Shown here piece by piece: positions 20,901 to 32,230 of a DNA stretch of 64,000 nt. Made by a program: the position numbers and the translations under genes. Origin of the DNA: an uncultured Deferribacteres bacterium. GTDB taxonomy: Bacteria > Zhuqueibacterota > JdFR-76 > DREG01. The first letter of the stretch is position 1, and every line of letters starts with the position of its first letter. Below the pieces are notes generated by a model. It was not told the origin of the DNA. It made no database searches and saw nothing but the letters and a program-made list of their open reading frames with translations. The stretch covers positions 4,967-68,966 of the forward strand of contig CAYXGW010000011.1 of the NCBI GenBank assembly GCA_964464595.1, written 5' to 3'.

Positions 20901-22494
20901 TTTGCAGTGTTTCTGATTCATCTTTAACTTTATCTTGCTCGGAGAATTCTCGCGCCAAAACAATCATATTTTCAGCAGCATTTCTCTTGTACTCATCAGA
21001 CAAATAGTCGTTACAGATTCTTAAGTACTCTTGATAAGCTTCTTCCTTACGGTTAAGCTTGGTATCCAAAATGAGAGCCATATTCCAATGAATTATATAG
21101 GCACTTGTGTCAAATTGAAAGGCGGTCAAATACTTGCTTGCTTCTTCAACAACCAATTGATAGTAACCAACATCCTTTTTTTGCTCGCCAAGGCTCATCA
21201 ACAAATTAATGTTTTGCCGTTGTGCAACTTCTGCTTTTTGTGAAGCATTTTGTAAAACTTTAAGCTTTTTATATGGATCAATACTTAATTGTTGAACTTG
21301 ATTTTGCCATTCGCTTTCAGGTCTATATACATCAAACAAGCGCTGCTGAGCTAAGAATACTTCGTCATCATCCTCAATACCTTTTGCACACAAAACAATT
21401 TTTTCTTGAATTTCGGGCGATTCAAGATAATAGGGATAGCGCTCAAGCAATGCCATGTAAACAAATTGAGCTTGAATATATTTTTCTTCATCCGCGCGAT
21501 ATATATCCCCCAATTTTTTAAGGACTTCAGCACCATAACCGGGTCTACCCAGGGAGTCGAAATAGGCGAGCGCTTTATCCAACCCACCAAAATAGCGGAA
21601 ACAAACTCCGATGTATTCCAATGCTTCATTTTTTAAAGTAGGATTAACGAAATTCTTAGATCCGGGTTCATGCTCATATGATTCAATATCTTGCACCAGA
21701 ATCGTAAACGACTTAACTGCATCACTGTATTGTTCAATTAAATAGTAGGACCAACCAAGCTTATACAATGCTTCATTATATCTATGAGTATCACGATAGT
21801 TTAAGGCTTTGGTGTAGTATTCAATTGCCTTATCCAGATCACGATGAATCGGGCTGAAATTGAATTCACCAAGCCGTATCAATGCTTCCGGAGCGTACCG
21901 GCTACTCGAATATTGATCCGTTAACTGCACATAATATGGGACAGCTTCTTCCGATTTGTAACTCTGCTCCAAGGCAAATGCATAATGGTAAAGAACGCCG
22001 TCCATAAGGTTGCTGTCAGGATATTTATCAAGGATTATTTTATACATCTTAAGGGATGAGCTGTAATCCGGTTTTGGTTCTTCAGGGAGCTCTGTAATCT
22101 TTCCTTCTTCAAATTGTGTGAACACTTGTTCATACTTTTCCATTTCTTTAAAAAATTCGTCCTTTGTTTTTCTGAAATAGAAATCTCCCATTCGGTACAA
22201 AATACGATCCATAAAATCATGATCCGGGTTTTTTGAAAAAAGCTTCTCACCATCCTGCAAGATTTTCTCTTGCAACAAGTTACTTTCTTGAATTGCATTT
22301 TGGATTTCGCCCTGGTAAAATTCACGAAATTTTACCAACTCATCCATTGAAAAAACATTTAGAAGTGAATCAGCCGTGACTTCTAAAATAAGCTCTTCAA
22401 AATCGTCTTGGGCAATTAGTAGAACGGGAAGAAACAGAGCTAATAATAGTGCCAAAAAGATCGTATTAAATTTCTTTTGAATAATTTGTGTCAT
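17947..22494 (-). CDS. Giant secreted tetratricopeptide-repeat (TPR) protein with a C-terminal jelly-roll-like domain
   Basis: Signal peptide/anchor FLALLLALFLPVLLIAQDD. There are dozens of TPR-like 34-aa units (for example ALYKLGWSYYLIEQYSDAVKSF). The C-terminal ~250 aa (NVKVYVNG...LKTGKNLIAIEL) resemble a galactose-binding-like beta-sandwich. The ORF track opens at 22527; the Met at 22494 is the likelier start. Confidence 0.6.
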   Translation of the reverse strand: MTQIIQKKFNTIFLALLLALFLPVLLIAQDDFEELILEVTADSLLNVFSMDELVKFREFYQGEIQNAIQESNLLQEKILQDGEKLFSKNPDHDFMDRILYRMGDFYFRKTKDEFFKEMEKYEQVFTQFEEGKITELPEEPKPDYSSSLKMYKIILDKYPDSNLMDGVLYHYAFALEQSYKSEEAVPYYVQLTDQYSSSRYAPEALIRLGEFNFSPIHRDLDKAIEYYTKALNYRDTHRYNEALYKLGWSYYLIEQYSDAVKSFTILVQDIESYEHEPGSKNFVNPTLKNEALEYIGVCFRYFGGLDKALAYFDSLGRPGYGAEVLKKLGDIYRADEEKYIQAQFVYMALLERYPYYLESPEIQEKIVLCAKGIEDDDEVFLAQQRLFDVYRPESEWQNQVQQLSIDPYKKLKVLQNASQKAEVAQRQNINLLMSLGEQKKDVGYYQLVVEEASKYLTAFQFDTSAYIIHWNMALILDTKLNRKEEAYQEYLRICNDYLSDEYKRNAAENMIVLAREFSEQDKVKDESETLQIAVQVDSSGQDESQPSIQISSSNKLIEAYNNFIMHYPEDEITAEVLRNVGTIYYNDKSFDLSLRYFSTLAQRFSDSPFASQAQFSVLESYFGKKDFNNAEIIAKRIQNDERLSPELRSKIKTRLAESIYLNAEALVGENKHLEAAQRFKELYAEVPDAEFADKSIFQAGVQFDLAKAFPEAIEAYKELIDNFESSDHYLDAVNNLAIDYGEIEDFALAASTYEKFSSIQSDLKKAKDALYNASYFYTKQTSWSDAIRVNRTYVDRFPDAEDTEDIFYDLAGLYLKLDDFENANSIYGEFASRFPDSPRGVETHFKRGDYYLKRNQVDSALQEFELAVKRNDELKSKSLETNDFYAAEALFLQTEEHYKNYDGIQFNLANLESAQKEKKDLLRKLVDQYTRVAAYGTNRLYEATFNIGKAYEDFAVTWSEKEIPDMNETEKVVYLKKQNKTSAQLYEKTFESYKLGFLALQKLVDNYSLNQPQDEEQKSGRAIKKDSTLQVASRWIKVSGVKVSHMLFNMAELNVGSIELLLTAPIPTGLDEVTSLEYRNQVLAKAIYPVVQEVTKAYIRGLEEADQLGLENSWVAKSRTGLFNVMTVLTSQYKKLFLDAFATYEEKYDQYVNIMNNGTEEEQENTLDLAGSLMNLIELGNNYAGTMNTSYKLSIDNVIQQPFGNTIANSLFSDLIQTTVQLSTKLEKSSKHAARMKDKFTVQNQQTPKMAYEDAIFTFADLESYLHDNAIELGEKTYALNNEYGFNSPNLNKLAVLLVNLNPQTYAAEFEVPTEGIVISPDESWVYATEIQDSTWMVPEFNDETWQPADVLEDFTTGGEAILLSRLPEPAEYDSSATDSSQVTQIALTPQFYYLRKVIELDDKPLSAKLKLNADDNVKVYVNGISVFEEQDESLGWGNIFETDLSPFLKTGKNLIAIELDDSDGSGHGVQPIIELQTLNLAAFEEQQKGNTQLDAGKIATMDEQIYIRNFVPEK

Positions 22495-22535
22495 AATCCT
22501 ACCATTAATCTTTTTCAATATTACCAAACATATTG

Positions 22536-25277
22536 CTATCTATTATTTTTTCCGGGGATTTCCGAAGCTTCATTGTTCCCAGGTTTCTGGGTATCCAAAA
22601 GTTCTTCTAATTTTATTTTAGCTCCATTAACACCCTGAACAATACTGCTGACAAAATAATCTTGATCAAAATATCGTTTTCTTTCTTCATCCAATTGGGC
22701 AATTTTATCCTCAATTTCCTGGTTTTCCAATTCTCTGATTCGGCGATCTATTACAGCAATTTCGTATACAAGTTGATCTTGTTTCTTTCTGAATGTTTCA
22801 GTAATAGCATTGCCATTGCCGGTGTTTTCCTTCACCTGGCTTCTTAAAAGATTTCTGCGATCAAAGTCTTTTTCGCTCATTCCCAAACCAGAGAAATCCG
22901 ACCATTTTGAATAATCTGCTTCTACCTGTTTTGGTTGGTTCTCTACTAAAGAAACTTTTAAGGATTCCAGTCTTCTGGCATAATCATCGAACTCCATGGA
23001 GCGATAATCCAATTGACTCAATACTTCAAGATCATTGGTTTGATTGGCTATTTCTTTTAAAATGTTGGTCTCACGGAGGTTTTTCCTTATCTTCTGTTCT
23101 TCCATTGCAATTTTGTTTTGCATGAATTTGAATCTGTTTCTTTGATAACCAGTGCTGATTTCTTTCAATGCCAGGGGATAATCTGATCTGATATCTACAT
23201 TTCTTTCAGTTTGTAATTCCCATACATTTAGCAATCCTATACCTAAATCATTGGCAATTTTATTTAAAGATTTACTGGTTCTCATCAACCCCATTTGCTT
23301 CGCCAACTGCTCACTTGAGCGAGCTTGCTGGATTAGCTCTCGTATTCTTGATTCCTCAGAATTAATCTCTTCAACCAACTGCAATCCGGGTTTGCCTTGA
23401 TAAGAAAGGGACTTCACCGTGAAAGTGAGATCATTTCTTAGGTTCCTGATCCGTTCATAAGCAAACAAGTCTCCCTGTGCAATCGCATCTGGCTCCAATT
23501 CATCCAACTTTGAAATAATTTGATTGATACGATTACGTTCGGAATTAAACTCATTGCTTAAGGATAATGAATTCCCGGAATTTTCGACATAGCGCACTTT
23601 TCTTGCTGATGATTGATCATCACCAAGTAAACTACTGCAATGTGCGGAAAGCATTACGGCTTCGTAAATATAATTTGAATCCATGTATCCCCAGAAAACC
23701 TGGTCCAATTCTTTTTGAGCTGACGCAAATTCACCTAGCCTAAATTTTACCCAGGCCTTGGAAATTAAAATAACATCATAATTTGGAATATCTTTGTCAA
23801 CTTTTTCAAAATTGGCCAACGCATTTTTAAAATCTCCTTCAGCGTAAAACAGTAAACCACTTTTTAGTAAGGAATGGTTGATAATGCTATTTAAAAAATC
23901 ATCCGTTGGTGATTTGGACAAATTTCCTAAGGAATAATAAATTGGTTTGGCTTTATCTACCTGATCTCTACTAAGGTAGGCAGCTGCTTGTACATATTGG
24001 CCAGCAAGATAATATCTTGAATTTTGATTTATACTCTCGACATACACCTTGGTTTTTGCAATTTCATTAGATTTGTAAGCAAAATATCCAGCTATTAACA
24101 AGGCTTTGGAGGTCAGTTCATCGTCCGAAGAAGTGGATAATTTTCGGAGCTTATCCGCATATTGAAAAAGTTCTCGTTGGTTGTTTATAAGATTGCTGAT
24201 CAAAACCAGGCGAAAATATGCCCGCTTTGCATAGGCAACATCAGATCCTTTTTTAACCACTTTTTTATATTCTGCTTTCGCTCTCGAATATAGCCGCTGC
24301 ATCCAAAGGCTTTCCGCATAATAATACCTCAAGTCCGCCATTTTGCTATAAGGATAATCATCCAATATCGTTTTAAATAAAAGCTCAGATACTGCAAAAT
24401 CTTCATTGTTGTATTGGGCTACTGCCGAAAGAACATCTTGATCAAACATGCGTTTCATTTGACCCGGAGAACTGGAGCCAATCAATTTATTCCGCAGCAA
24501 TTCCAGTTTAGCTTTATAATTCTGAATCCAAAAGGACTGGTTGGTTAACCAATACTCATAATTGCTATCCAATTTTTCACTATCGTGGCGGAATTGAGCA
24601 TCTCTATAGCCAAACGCCAGGAGGGCTTCAAACGGAACAACATCCAGAACACGTTGTTTAATCTTGCGAGTTTGCAATCGAAGATTCGTATCATCAAAAT
24701 CGATTTTTCTATCCAGTACATCCAATTTTTGCAAGACAATAACAATATTTGCAATCTCCCTCATGTAACTTTCCGTAAGCGGATCCTCTATTGATTTTCC
24801 TTCAAGAACATCAAAAATATTTTTTTGTAATCGATCCGTTTTGTCATTTAATTCAGAGGATTTGGATTCTGATCTTAGTTTTTGCGTCTTCTTAGAAACT
24901 TGAATTAAAGCATCGATTTCCTTGCTATAGCCTTCGACCAGTTGGTCGGCTGATCGTGACGTAAAGTTAGTACTAAGATCTTTACTTAGTTTCAAATTGC
25001 CCTTAAAAATATCCGCCCCTTCTTTTTTTCGGAATAATAGTTCTCGCTGAACATTATTCGAAATTATGGTGATATAAAATCTTTGCGATGTAAGGTACTC
25101 TAAGAAAGGCCTGGTTTCGTCTTTTTTGATTTGTCCCAGACGGGATTTCATTTCCTTTTCCAGGTGATTTTTCGATTTTAATTGAGCATATCCTGAAGAA
25201 AAAAGAAACAAAGTCAACAATGTAAGAAACCCGTATTTTGCCGTCAATCTTGAAAAGCAAATCAATTTAGTACTCAT
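22536..25277 (-). CDS. Secreted TPR / coiled-coil protein (913 aa)
   Basis: Signal peptide FLTLLTLFLFSSGYA|Q. The central part has TPR-like repeats (YYYAESLWMQRLYSRAKAEYKKVV, LLFYAEGDFKNALANFEKV). The C-terminal third is a long charged coiled coil. Its stop is 8 bp before the next TPR gene. Confidence 0.55.
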   Translation of the reverse strand: MSTKLICFSRLTAKYGFLTLLTLFLFSSGYAQLKSKNHLEKEMKSRLGQIKKDETRPFLEYLTSQRFYITIISNNVQRELLFRKKEGADIFKGNLKLSKDLSTNFTSRSADQLVEGYSKEIDALIQVSKKTQKLRSESKSSELNDKTDRLQKNIFDVLEGKSIEDPLTESYMREIANIVIVLQKLDVLDRKIDFDDTNLRLQTRKIKQRVLDVVPFEALLAFGYRDAQFRHDSEKLDSNYEYWLTNQSFWIQNYKAKLELLRNKLIGSSSPGQMKRMFDQDVLSAVAQYNNEDFAVSELLFKTILDDYPYSKMADLRYYYAESLWMQRLYSRAKAEYKKVVKKGSDVAYAKRAYFRLVLISNLINNQRELFQYADKLRKLSTSSDDELTSKALLIAGYFAYKSNEIAKTKVYVESINQNSRYYLAGQYVQAAAYLSRDQVDKAKPIYYSLGNLSKSPTDDFLNSIINHSLLKSGLLFYAEGDFKNALANFEKVDKDIPNYDVILISKAWVKFRLGEFASAQKELDQVFWGYMDSNYIYEAVMLSAHCSSLLGDDQSSARKVRYVENSGNSLSLSNEFNSERNRINQIISKLDELEPDAIAQGDLFAYERIRNLRNDLTFTVKSLSYQGKPGLQLVEEINSEESRIRELIQQARSSEQLAKQMGLMRTSKSLNKIANDLGIGLLNVWELQTERNVDIRSDYPLALKEISTGYQRNRFKFMQNKIAMEEQKIRKNLRETNILKEIANQTNDLEVLSQLDYRSMEFDDYARRLESLKVSLVENQPKQVEADYSKWSDFSGLGMSEKDFDRRNLLRSQVKENTGNGNAITETFRKKQDQLVYEIAVIDRRIRELENQEIEDKIAQLDEERKRYFDQDYFVSSIVQGVNGAKIKLEELLDTQKPGNNEASEIPGKNNR

Positions 25278-25708
25278 AGATCATTTCCAAATTTTTATTT
25301 ATTTCGAACTTTTTACATACAATAAACCATAGACAATGGATTTATAGCTGTCCAATTATCGGCGATTTGGAAATAATTAATTAGCCCCTTTTTGATTTTG
25401 GAGAACTTTTATGAAAAGGTTGGAAGGTAGAGTCCCAGGAAGAAAGACTAGAGGCCAGACACTGCATCTCAACACAATTTTATTCCTGCTAAACCATGAA
25501 TCTTGACAGTGCTAAAATCCGAATTTCAAAATTATAGAAATATCCTAAATTATAATTTTTAGTTTCAACTCTTTGGCTTTTGCTTAAAGATGATGCTAGA
25601 GTTTAATTTAAGTAACTGATGCCTTTGTTACTTGTCTTTCTATCTCTTTCCCCGGTTGTTTTCGTGTAATGTTTGCCCGTCTGCCACCTTACTTTTTGGG
25701 CACTTTTT

Positions 25709-26125
25709 TCACTTCTTCCCCGCAATCTTAATCCTGTTTATCGCCCGGTACAATGCTATTGTGGCTCGATGAATATCTGTTATCTTTTCTTTTGAACTGA
25801 GTCTGTTTTCGGCACGTTCTTTTGATGTCACTGCTCTTTCCAAATCGATTTCATCCGCTTGTTCAACTGTTTCGGCTAATACTCTAACCTGGTTTTTTAG
25901 TACTTCCATAAAGCCACCGCTGATGGCGTAAAACTTCCGTTGATCTCCATTTAATACTTCTAATTCACCGATTTTTAGCGCTGCTAATAATGGTGCATGT
26001 TGGGCTAAAATTCCTAAGTATCCTTCTATCCCCGGTGCTTTAATATAATTCACTTCACCGCTAAATGCTTTCTTGTCCGGGGTTATGATATCCAGGGAAA
26101 ATATTTTTTCGTTCGCTTCTTCCAT
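25709..26125 (-). CDS. atpC: F1 ATP synthase epsilon subunit
   Basis: Length 138 aa. N-terminal beta-sandwich (FSLDIITPDKKAFSGEVNYIKAPGIEGYLGILAQHAPLL) and a C-terminal helical hairpin. It is the last gene of the atp operon. Confidence 0.85.
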   Translation of the reverse strand: MEEANEKIFSLDIITPDKKAFSGEVNYIKAPGIEGYLGILAQHAPLLAALKIGELEVLNGDQRKFYAISGGFMEVLKNQVRVLAETVEQADEIDLERAVTSKERAENRLSSKEKITDIHRATIALYRAINRIKIAGKK

Positions 26126-26137
26126 CTTTTCTATCGC

Positions 26138-27553
<1,416 letters not shown>

Positions 27554-28423
27554 TTACTGTGACTTCAAGGCTTCGGCACCACCAACAATCTCAAGAATTT
27601 CTTTGGTAATGCTAGCCTGACGAACTCTATTATAATGAAGCGTTAAATCGGAGATCATTTCTTGCGCGTTTTCCGTGGCTACTTCCATAGCAGTCATTCG
27701 AGCACCATGTTCAGCGGAACTGGTCTCGAGTAATATCCGCCAAGTTTGTATATTGATCTGCCTGGGTAGCAAAACATTAATTATCGTATCGGGTGAAGGC
27801 TCGTAGATATAGTTAAATCTTAAAGTAGATCCTTCAATTGACTTTGGTTCTATAGGTAATAATTGTTCAACAGTAAGATTTTGCTGAACGGCTGATTTAA
27901 ATTCATTGTAAATAACAGATACAAGATCAACTTCACACTGGGAATAAAAATGAGTAATATCACCGGCAAGTGCCTGTGCATGGGAAAAATCTAAATTGTT
28001 GAAAATATCTGTATGTTCGGCAATAATCTCATAATCCCTGCGGCGAAAATATTCCATTGCTTTTTTACCCACCAAGATCAGCTTAGCGGATTTTCCTTCA
28101 GCTTGCGCAGCCTTAATTTGTTCTGTTGCCCGGCGTATGATGTTTATATTAAATGCTCCGCACAATCCGCGATCTGAAGTTACAACCACAAATCCAACTG
28201 ATTGAACTTCTCGAACGGAAAGCAATGGATGAGCATCATGATCAACAATTCCGGCAAGATGACCGATCACATTTCGCAATTCATAAGCATAAGGACGAGC
28301 CTTTATGATTTTTTCCTGTGCCCGGCGCAACTTAGCTGCGGCAACCATCTTCATGGCTCTGGTAATTTGCTGTGTACTTTTTACACTGCTAATCCGCCGG
28401 CGTATGTCACGTAAAGTCGCCAT
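27554..28423 (-). CDS. atpG: F1 ATP synthase gamma subunit
   Basis: MATLRDIRRRISSVKSTQQITRAMKMVAAAKLRRAQ N-terminus and a conserved C-terminal helix. Length 289 aa. Confidence 0.9.
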   Translation of the reverse strand: MATLRDIRRRISSVKSTQQITRAMKMVAAAKLRRAQEKIIKARPYAYELRNVIGHLAGIVDHDAHPLLSVREVQSVGFVVVTSDRGLCGAFNINIIRRATEQIKAAQAEGKSAKLILVGKKAMEYFRRRDYEIIAEHTDIFNNLDFSHAQALAGDITHFYSQCEVDLVSVIYNEFKSAVQQNLTVEQLLPIEPKSIEGSTLRFNYIYEPSPDTIINVLLPRQINIQTWRILLETSSAEHGARMTAMEVATENAQEMISDLTLHYNRVRQASITKEILEIVGGAEALKSQ

Positions 28424-28429
28424 AAATGA

Positions 28430-29941
28430 TTAACCTACAGAAATAGAATTCATAAATTCTTTACAGGCTTCAGCTAATCCATTATTCAAATCATCAGAAA
28501 GTTCTTTTTTATCCTTAATTTCTGACAGTATTGCCGGATGATTTGATTCCATATAGATAAGAAACTGATTTTCAGTATCCGGGACTTTATCCAAAGGAAC
28601 TTCGTCTAAATATCCGTTGGTTCCGAGAAAAATAACTGCAATCTGTTTTTCGATAGCCAAAGGTTCATATTGACCTTGTTGCAAAATTCCTTCCATCCTC
28701 TGCCCCCTGGTCAACTGGCTCTGGGTCGTTTTGTCCAGATCCGAACCAAATTTGGCGAAAGCCGCTAATTCGCGGTACTGTGCCAAATCCAATCGTAAAC
28801 TCCCTGCAATTTTTTTCATCCCTTTAATTTGGGCATTTCCTCCAACACGGGAGACGGAAAGCCCCACATTAATTGCCGGACGCTGACCCGCATAAAACAA
28901 ATCCGGCTCAAGATAAATTTGGCCATCGGTAATCGATATGACATTAGTGGGAATGTATGCGGAAACGTCGCCTGCTTGGGTTTCTATTATAGGCAAAGCT
29001 GTTAAAGAACCGCCGCCTAAATCATCATTTAATTTTGATGCTCTTTCCAATAACCTGGAATGAAGATAAAAGACATCTCCCGGGTAAGCTTCGCGGCCCG
29101 GAGGACGACGGAGCAACAATGAAACTTGTCTGTAAGCTACTGCATGTTTGGATAAATCGTCATAAACTACGAGCGCATGCTTTTTATTATCTCTAAAATA
29201 TTCACCCATCGCGCAACCAGCGTAAGGTGCAATATAGTTTAATGGCGCTGGTTGATCTGCCGTTGCAGAAACGATAATAGTATGTTCCAATGCTCCATTA
29301 TCTTCCAAAATTTTTACAACCCTCGCAACAGTTGAAGCTTTCTGGCCAATAGCGACATAAATACAGAACACATCCGTATCTTTTTGATTAATGATTGTAT
29401 CAATAGCGATTGCAGTTTTACCTGTTTGACGGTCGCCAATAATTAACTCTCGCTGACCTCGACCAATGGGTATCATCGAATCAATGGCTTTAATTCCCGT
29501 TTGAAGAGGTTCTTTCACAGGTTGCCGAGCAAGTACACCCAATGCTTTCCGTTCTAAAAAGCTAAAATTGGAAGTGTTAATCGGGCCTTTACCATCGATA
29601 GGCTGACCTAATGGATTGACAACTCTACCAAGCAGTTCTTCGCCAGTCGGCACCTCCATGATTCGTCCTGTCCTTTTTGCAGTATCACCTTCTTTGATCA
29701 AGGTATCACTGCCAAAGAGGATACAGCCCACATTACCTTCTTCGAGATTAAGTGCCATACCGAAAACATCATTAGGAAATTCCACTAACTCTCCAGCCAT
29801 AACTTTTTCCAGACCATAAACCCTGGCGATACCATCCCCAACATAAATAATTTCACCAACCTCTTCAACTTCAAAGGGATGTTCAAATGATTCTATTTTC
29901 TGCCGTATAATCGATGTGATCTCTTCCGGCCTAATCTCCAT
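28430..29941 (-). CDS. atpA: F1 ATP synthase alpha subunit
   Basis: Walker [10 protein letters not shown]. Length 503 aa. It sits between atpH and atpG. Confidence 0.95.
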   Translation of the reverse strand: MEIRPEEITSIIRQKIESFEHPFEVEEVGEIIYVGDGIARVYGLEKVMAGELVEFPNDVFGMALNLEEGNVGCILFGSDTLIKEGDTAKRTGRIMEVPTGEELLGRVVNPLGQPIDGKGPINTSNFSFLERKALGVLARQPVKEPLQTGIKAIDSMIPIGRGQRELIIGDRQTGKTAIAIDTIINQKDTDVFCIYVAIGQKASTVARVVKILEDNGALEHTIIVSATADQPAPLNYIAPYAGCAMGEYFRDNKKHALVVYDDLSKHAVAYRQVSLLLRRPPGREAYPGDVFYLHSRLLERASKLNDDLGGGSLTALPIIETQAGDVSAYIPTNVISITDGQIYLEPDLFYAGQRPAINVGLSVSRVGGNAQIKGMKKIAGSLRLDLAQYRELAAFAKFGSDLDKTTQSQLTRGQRMEGILQQGQYEPLAIEKQIAVIFLGTNGYLDEVPLDKVPDTENQFLIYMESNHPAILSEIKDKKELSDDLNNGLAEACKEFMNSISVG

Positions 29942-29964
29942 GTAAATCTACCTCCAATATTAAT

Positions 29965-30525
29965 TTAGTTTAATATTTCTTCTGATTTTTCCATCAAAAC
30001 GCTTCGCATTTTGTGAAGTTTACCTTTAATCGACCCGTCGATTATTTTACCGTCCACTTGAATGCAAATTCCGCCTAGAAGTGTTGAATCAACCTCAGAG
30101 ATTAAATTGATTTCTTTATTCAATTGTTTTGACAATTGTTGACGAATCTCGGATTTTAACTCCGGCGTTAATTCTACCGCAGAAATAACAAGTGCATTGG
30201 TACGGTTGTAAAATAGGTCTACTTCTTTAAGGAATGCTTCTGAAATATCTAAAATCAAATCCTGGCGTTTTTTGTTTAATAACACAATCAAAAAATTATA
30301 GAATACTTTCGAAAATAAGTCGCCAAACAATTCATCTAACTTAGATTCTTTTTGCTGACGACCTACTTCAGGAGATAAAAAGAAATGATGAAATTCCTGA
30401 TTGTCTTTTAATGCTGAAATAAATACAGACATATCTTCCTGTATCTTGTTTAAGATGTTCCGTTCCCGGCCAACCAGAAACAATGCCTTTGCATATCGAT
30501 GAGGTAAGACACCGGCATGTTTCAT
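29965..30525 (-). CDS. atpH: F1 ATP synthase delta (OSCP) subunit
   Basis: Helical protein of 186 aa in the canonical position between atpF and atpA. It begins with the OSCP-like RYAKALF. Confidence 0.75.
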   Translation of the reverse strand: MKHAGVLPHRYAKALFLVGRERNILNKIQEDMSVFISALKDNQEFHHFFLSPEVGRQQKESKLDELFGDLFSKVFYNFLIVLLNKKRQDLILDISEAFLKEVDLFYNRTNALVISAVELTPELKSEIRQQLSKQLNKEINLISEVDSTLLGGICIQVDGKIIDGSIKGKLHKMRSVLMEKSEEILN

Positions 30526-31034
30526 GATACTTTCATCTCCTTTATATATGACTCCACAATCTTTTCATGGTCTTTATCTTTTAGAGAACGCTCAACCAGC
30601 TTTGATGCAACTGAAATAGTTAGATCAACAGCCAAGTTTTTAATTTCATCCACTGCTTTATTCTTTTCGAGGCCGATCTCTTTTTTAGCTCTATCAATCA
30701 ATCGGGATGATTCTTCATTCGCTTTTGCTAGAATCTCTTCACGCATTATTTTCGCTGTTTTCCTGCCATTCTCAATAATTTCCTGGCTTTCTTTCCTGGA
30801 TTCTTCCATCATTTTTTGGTAGGATTTCAGGCTCTCGTCAGCTTTCTTTTGAGCATTTTCAGCACGCTCAAGCGACTCACGTATATGATTTTCTCTTTTC
30901 TCGATCATCTCAAGTATCGGTTTCCAGGCAATTTTTCGGAGGACAAAAAATAGAATCAAGAATGTCACAAATGACCAAAAAAGCAGACCTGGATTGACTG
31001 CCAATAGATTCGATTCCAATATTATGAATAACAT
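30522..31034 (-). CDS. atpF: Fo ATP synthase b subunit
   Basis: N-terminal TM helix (LLFWSFVTFLILFFVL) followed by a long charged helix. Length 170 aa. It overlaps atpH by 4 nt. Confidence 0.75.
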   Translation of the reverse strand: MLFIILESNLLAVNPGLLFWSFVTFLILFFVLRKIAWKPILEMIEKRENHIRESLERAENAQKKADESLKSYQKMMEESRKESQEIIENGRKTAKIMREEILAKANEESSRLIDRAKKEIGLEKNKAVDEIKNLAVDLTISVASKLVERSLKDKDHEKIVESYIKEMKVS

Positions 31035-31085
31035 AAAATTCAGTCCAAAGTTATGATTTTAATCAGATTCTAAACTGATCAACAA

Positions 31086-31337
31086 CTACGATCCGACCGT
31101 TTTAGTGGCAAAGATTAACAAGACGCATACGAGAACGGAGAACAGCGCAACACCTTCGATCATCGCTGCAGTTAAGATCATCATACCGCGTATATCACCA
31201 ACCGCTTCAGGTTGACGAGAAACACCTTCCATAGCTCCGCTTGCTAATTTGCCGATACCTATACCACAACCAATCGTTGCTCCGGCAACGCCAATACCTG
31301 CACCAAGGTACGCAAATGCTAGTGAAAAATCTATCAT
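31086..31337 (-). CDS. atpE: Fo ATP synthase c subunit (H+-type)
   Basis: Hairpin protein of 83 aa with a GxGxGxG helix 1 and the carboxylate E in AAMIEGVALFSVLV of helix 2. It lacks the ES/T Na+-binding signature. Confidence 0.85.
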   Translation of the reverse strand: MIDFSLAFAYLGAGIGVAGATIGCGIGIGKLASGAMEGVSRQPEAVGDIRGMMILTAAMIEGVALFSVLVCVLLIFATKTVGS

Positions 31338-31403
31338 CCGTTGATCTCCTTATTTCTATTAGTGGTTATGTTTTATTTTATGAAAAAAAATTCAGTTAAT
31401 ATA

Positions 31404-32213
31404 TCAATGTTCTTCTGCTAAGGCAATGCCAATAAACACTGCGGAGAGCATTGTGAAAATATATGCTTGGATCAATGCAATTAAAACAGCCAATAATTCT
31501 AAAGCTACAGCGCCTGGAACTGCAAGCAGGGCAACCAGAAAGCTCTTAAAAATGATGATGAGTCCCAGGAAAGTAAAAACAATCAGGTGATCCGCCATCA
31601 TGTTGGCAAAAAGACGAATAGCTAAGGCAAAATGCTTAGTGAAAACGCCGATAAATTCAATAAAAAATACCAAAGGTGCAACAAAGCCGGGTACACCCGG
31701 GGGTAAAAAACTCTTCATATATTTGCCAAACCCTTTTTTCCTTATTCCTGCTGATTGACCGATGAAGAATGTCAGAATAGCTAAGGTAGCGGTAACCGCA
31801 AGATTTGAGGTGGCGGTACCAGCTCCAGGTATTAATCCCAATAAATTACAAACCAGAACGAAAAAAAATGCAGTTAGCAGGTATGGAGCGAACCGCATTC
31901 CATCCTTTCCCAGGTAAGGGTCCAAGATATCCATTTTAATAAAAACGACAATTGATTCTAATAAATTACCCACCCCGCGGGGTACCATTCCCATCTGTCG
32001 CTTTGACAACAAAAATAAAAGGATCAAAAAGGTAGAGGCAATCCACATCATCACCACATGAAACGTGATGGATATGTCAATCCCTAATATGGGTGGAATC
32101 TCAAAGATCACATGATCTTTAACATGCTCTAAAATAAACCCGGCGCCTTCCTCTTTATGGCCTGTTTGTCCCGGGTTAAATAGTGCGAGAATTAAAAAAT
32201 TATTCAAAAACAT
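31404..32213 (-). CDS. atpB: Fo ATP synthase a subunit
   Basis: Polytopic protein with the conserved Arg helix LAIRLFANMMADHL. Length 269 aa. Confidence 0.85.
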   Translation of the reverse strand: MFLNNFLILALFNPGQTGHKEEGAGFILEHVKDHVIFEIPPILGIDISITFHVVMMWIASTFLILLFLLSKRQMGMVPRGVGNLLESIVVFIKMDILDPYLGKDGMRFAPYLLTAFFFVLVCNLLGLIPGAGTATSNLAVTATLAILTFFIGQSAGIRKKGFGKYMKSFLPPGVPGFVAPLVFFIEFIGVFTKHFALAIRLFANMMADHLIVFTFLGLIIIFKSFLVALLAVPGAVALELLAVLIALIQAYIFTMLSAVFIGIALAEEH

Positions 32214-32230
32214 TTATTTTCCAATATTAC

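Noticed and set aside
25278-25708. Candidate sigma70-like promoter (ttgaca...tataga at 25503-25535) and a terminator for atpC
   Set aside because: The hexamer spacing is poor and the orientation does not suit either flanking gene. No convincing stem-loop plus T-run follows atpC. The region is left unannotated.
31086-31337. Possible Na+-coupled c-subunit / N-type ATPase
   Set aside because: Helix 2 has E followed by G (AAMIEGVAL). It lacks the Q...ES/T...Y Na+-binding constellation. The operon is a standard F-type set (atpBEFHAGDC) and not the N-ATPase gene order.
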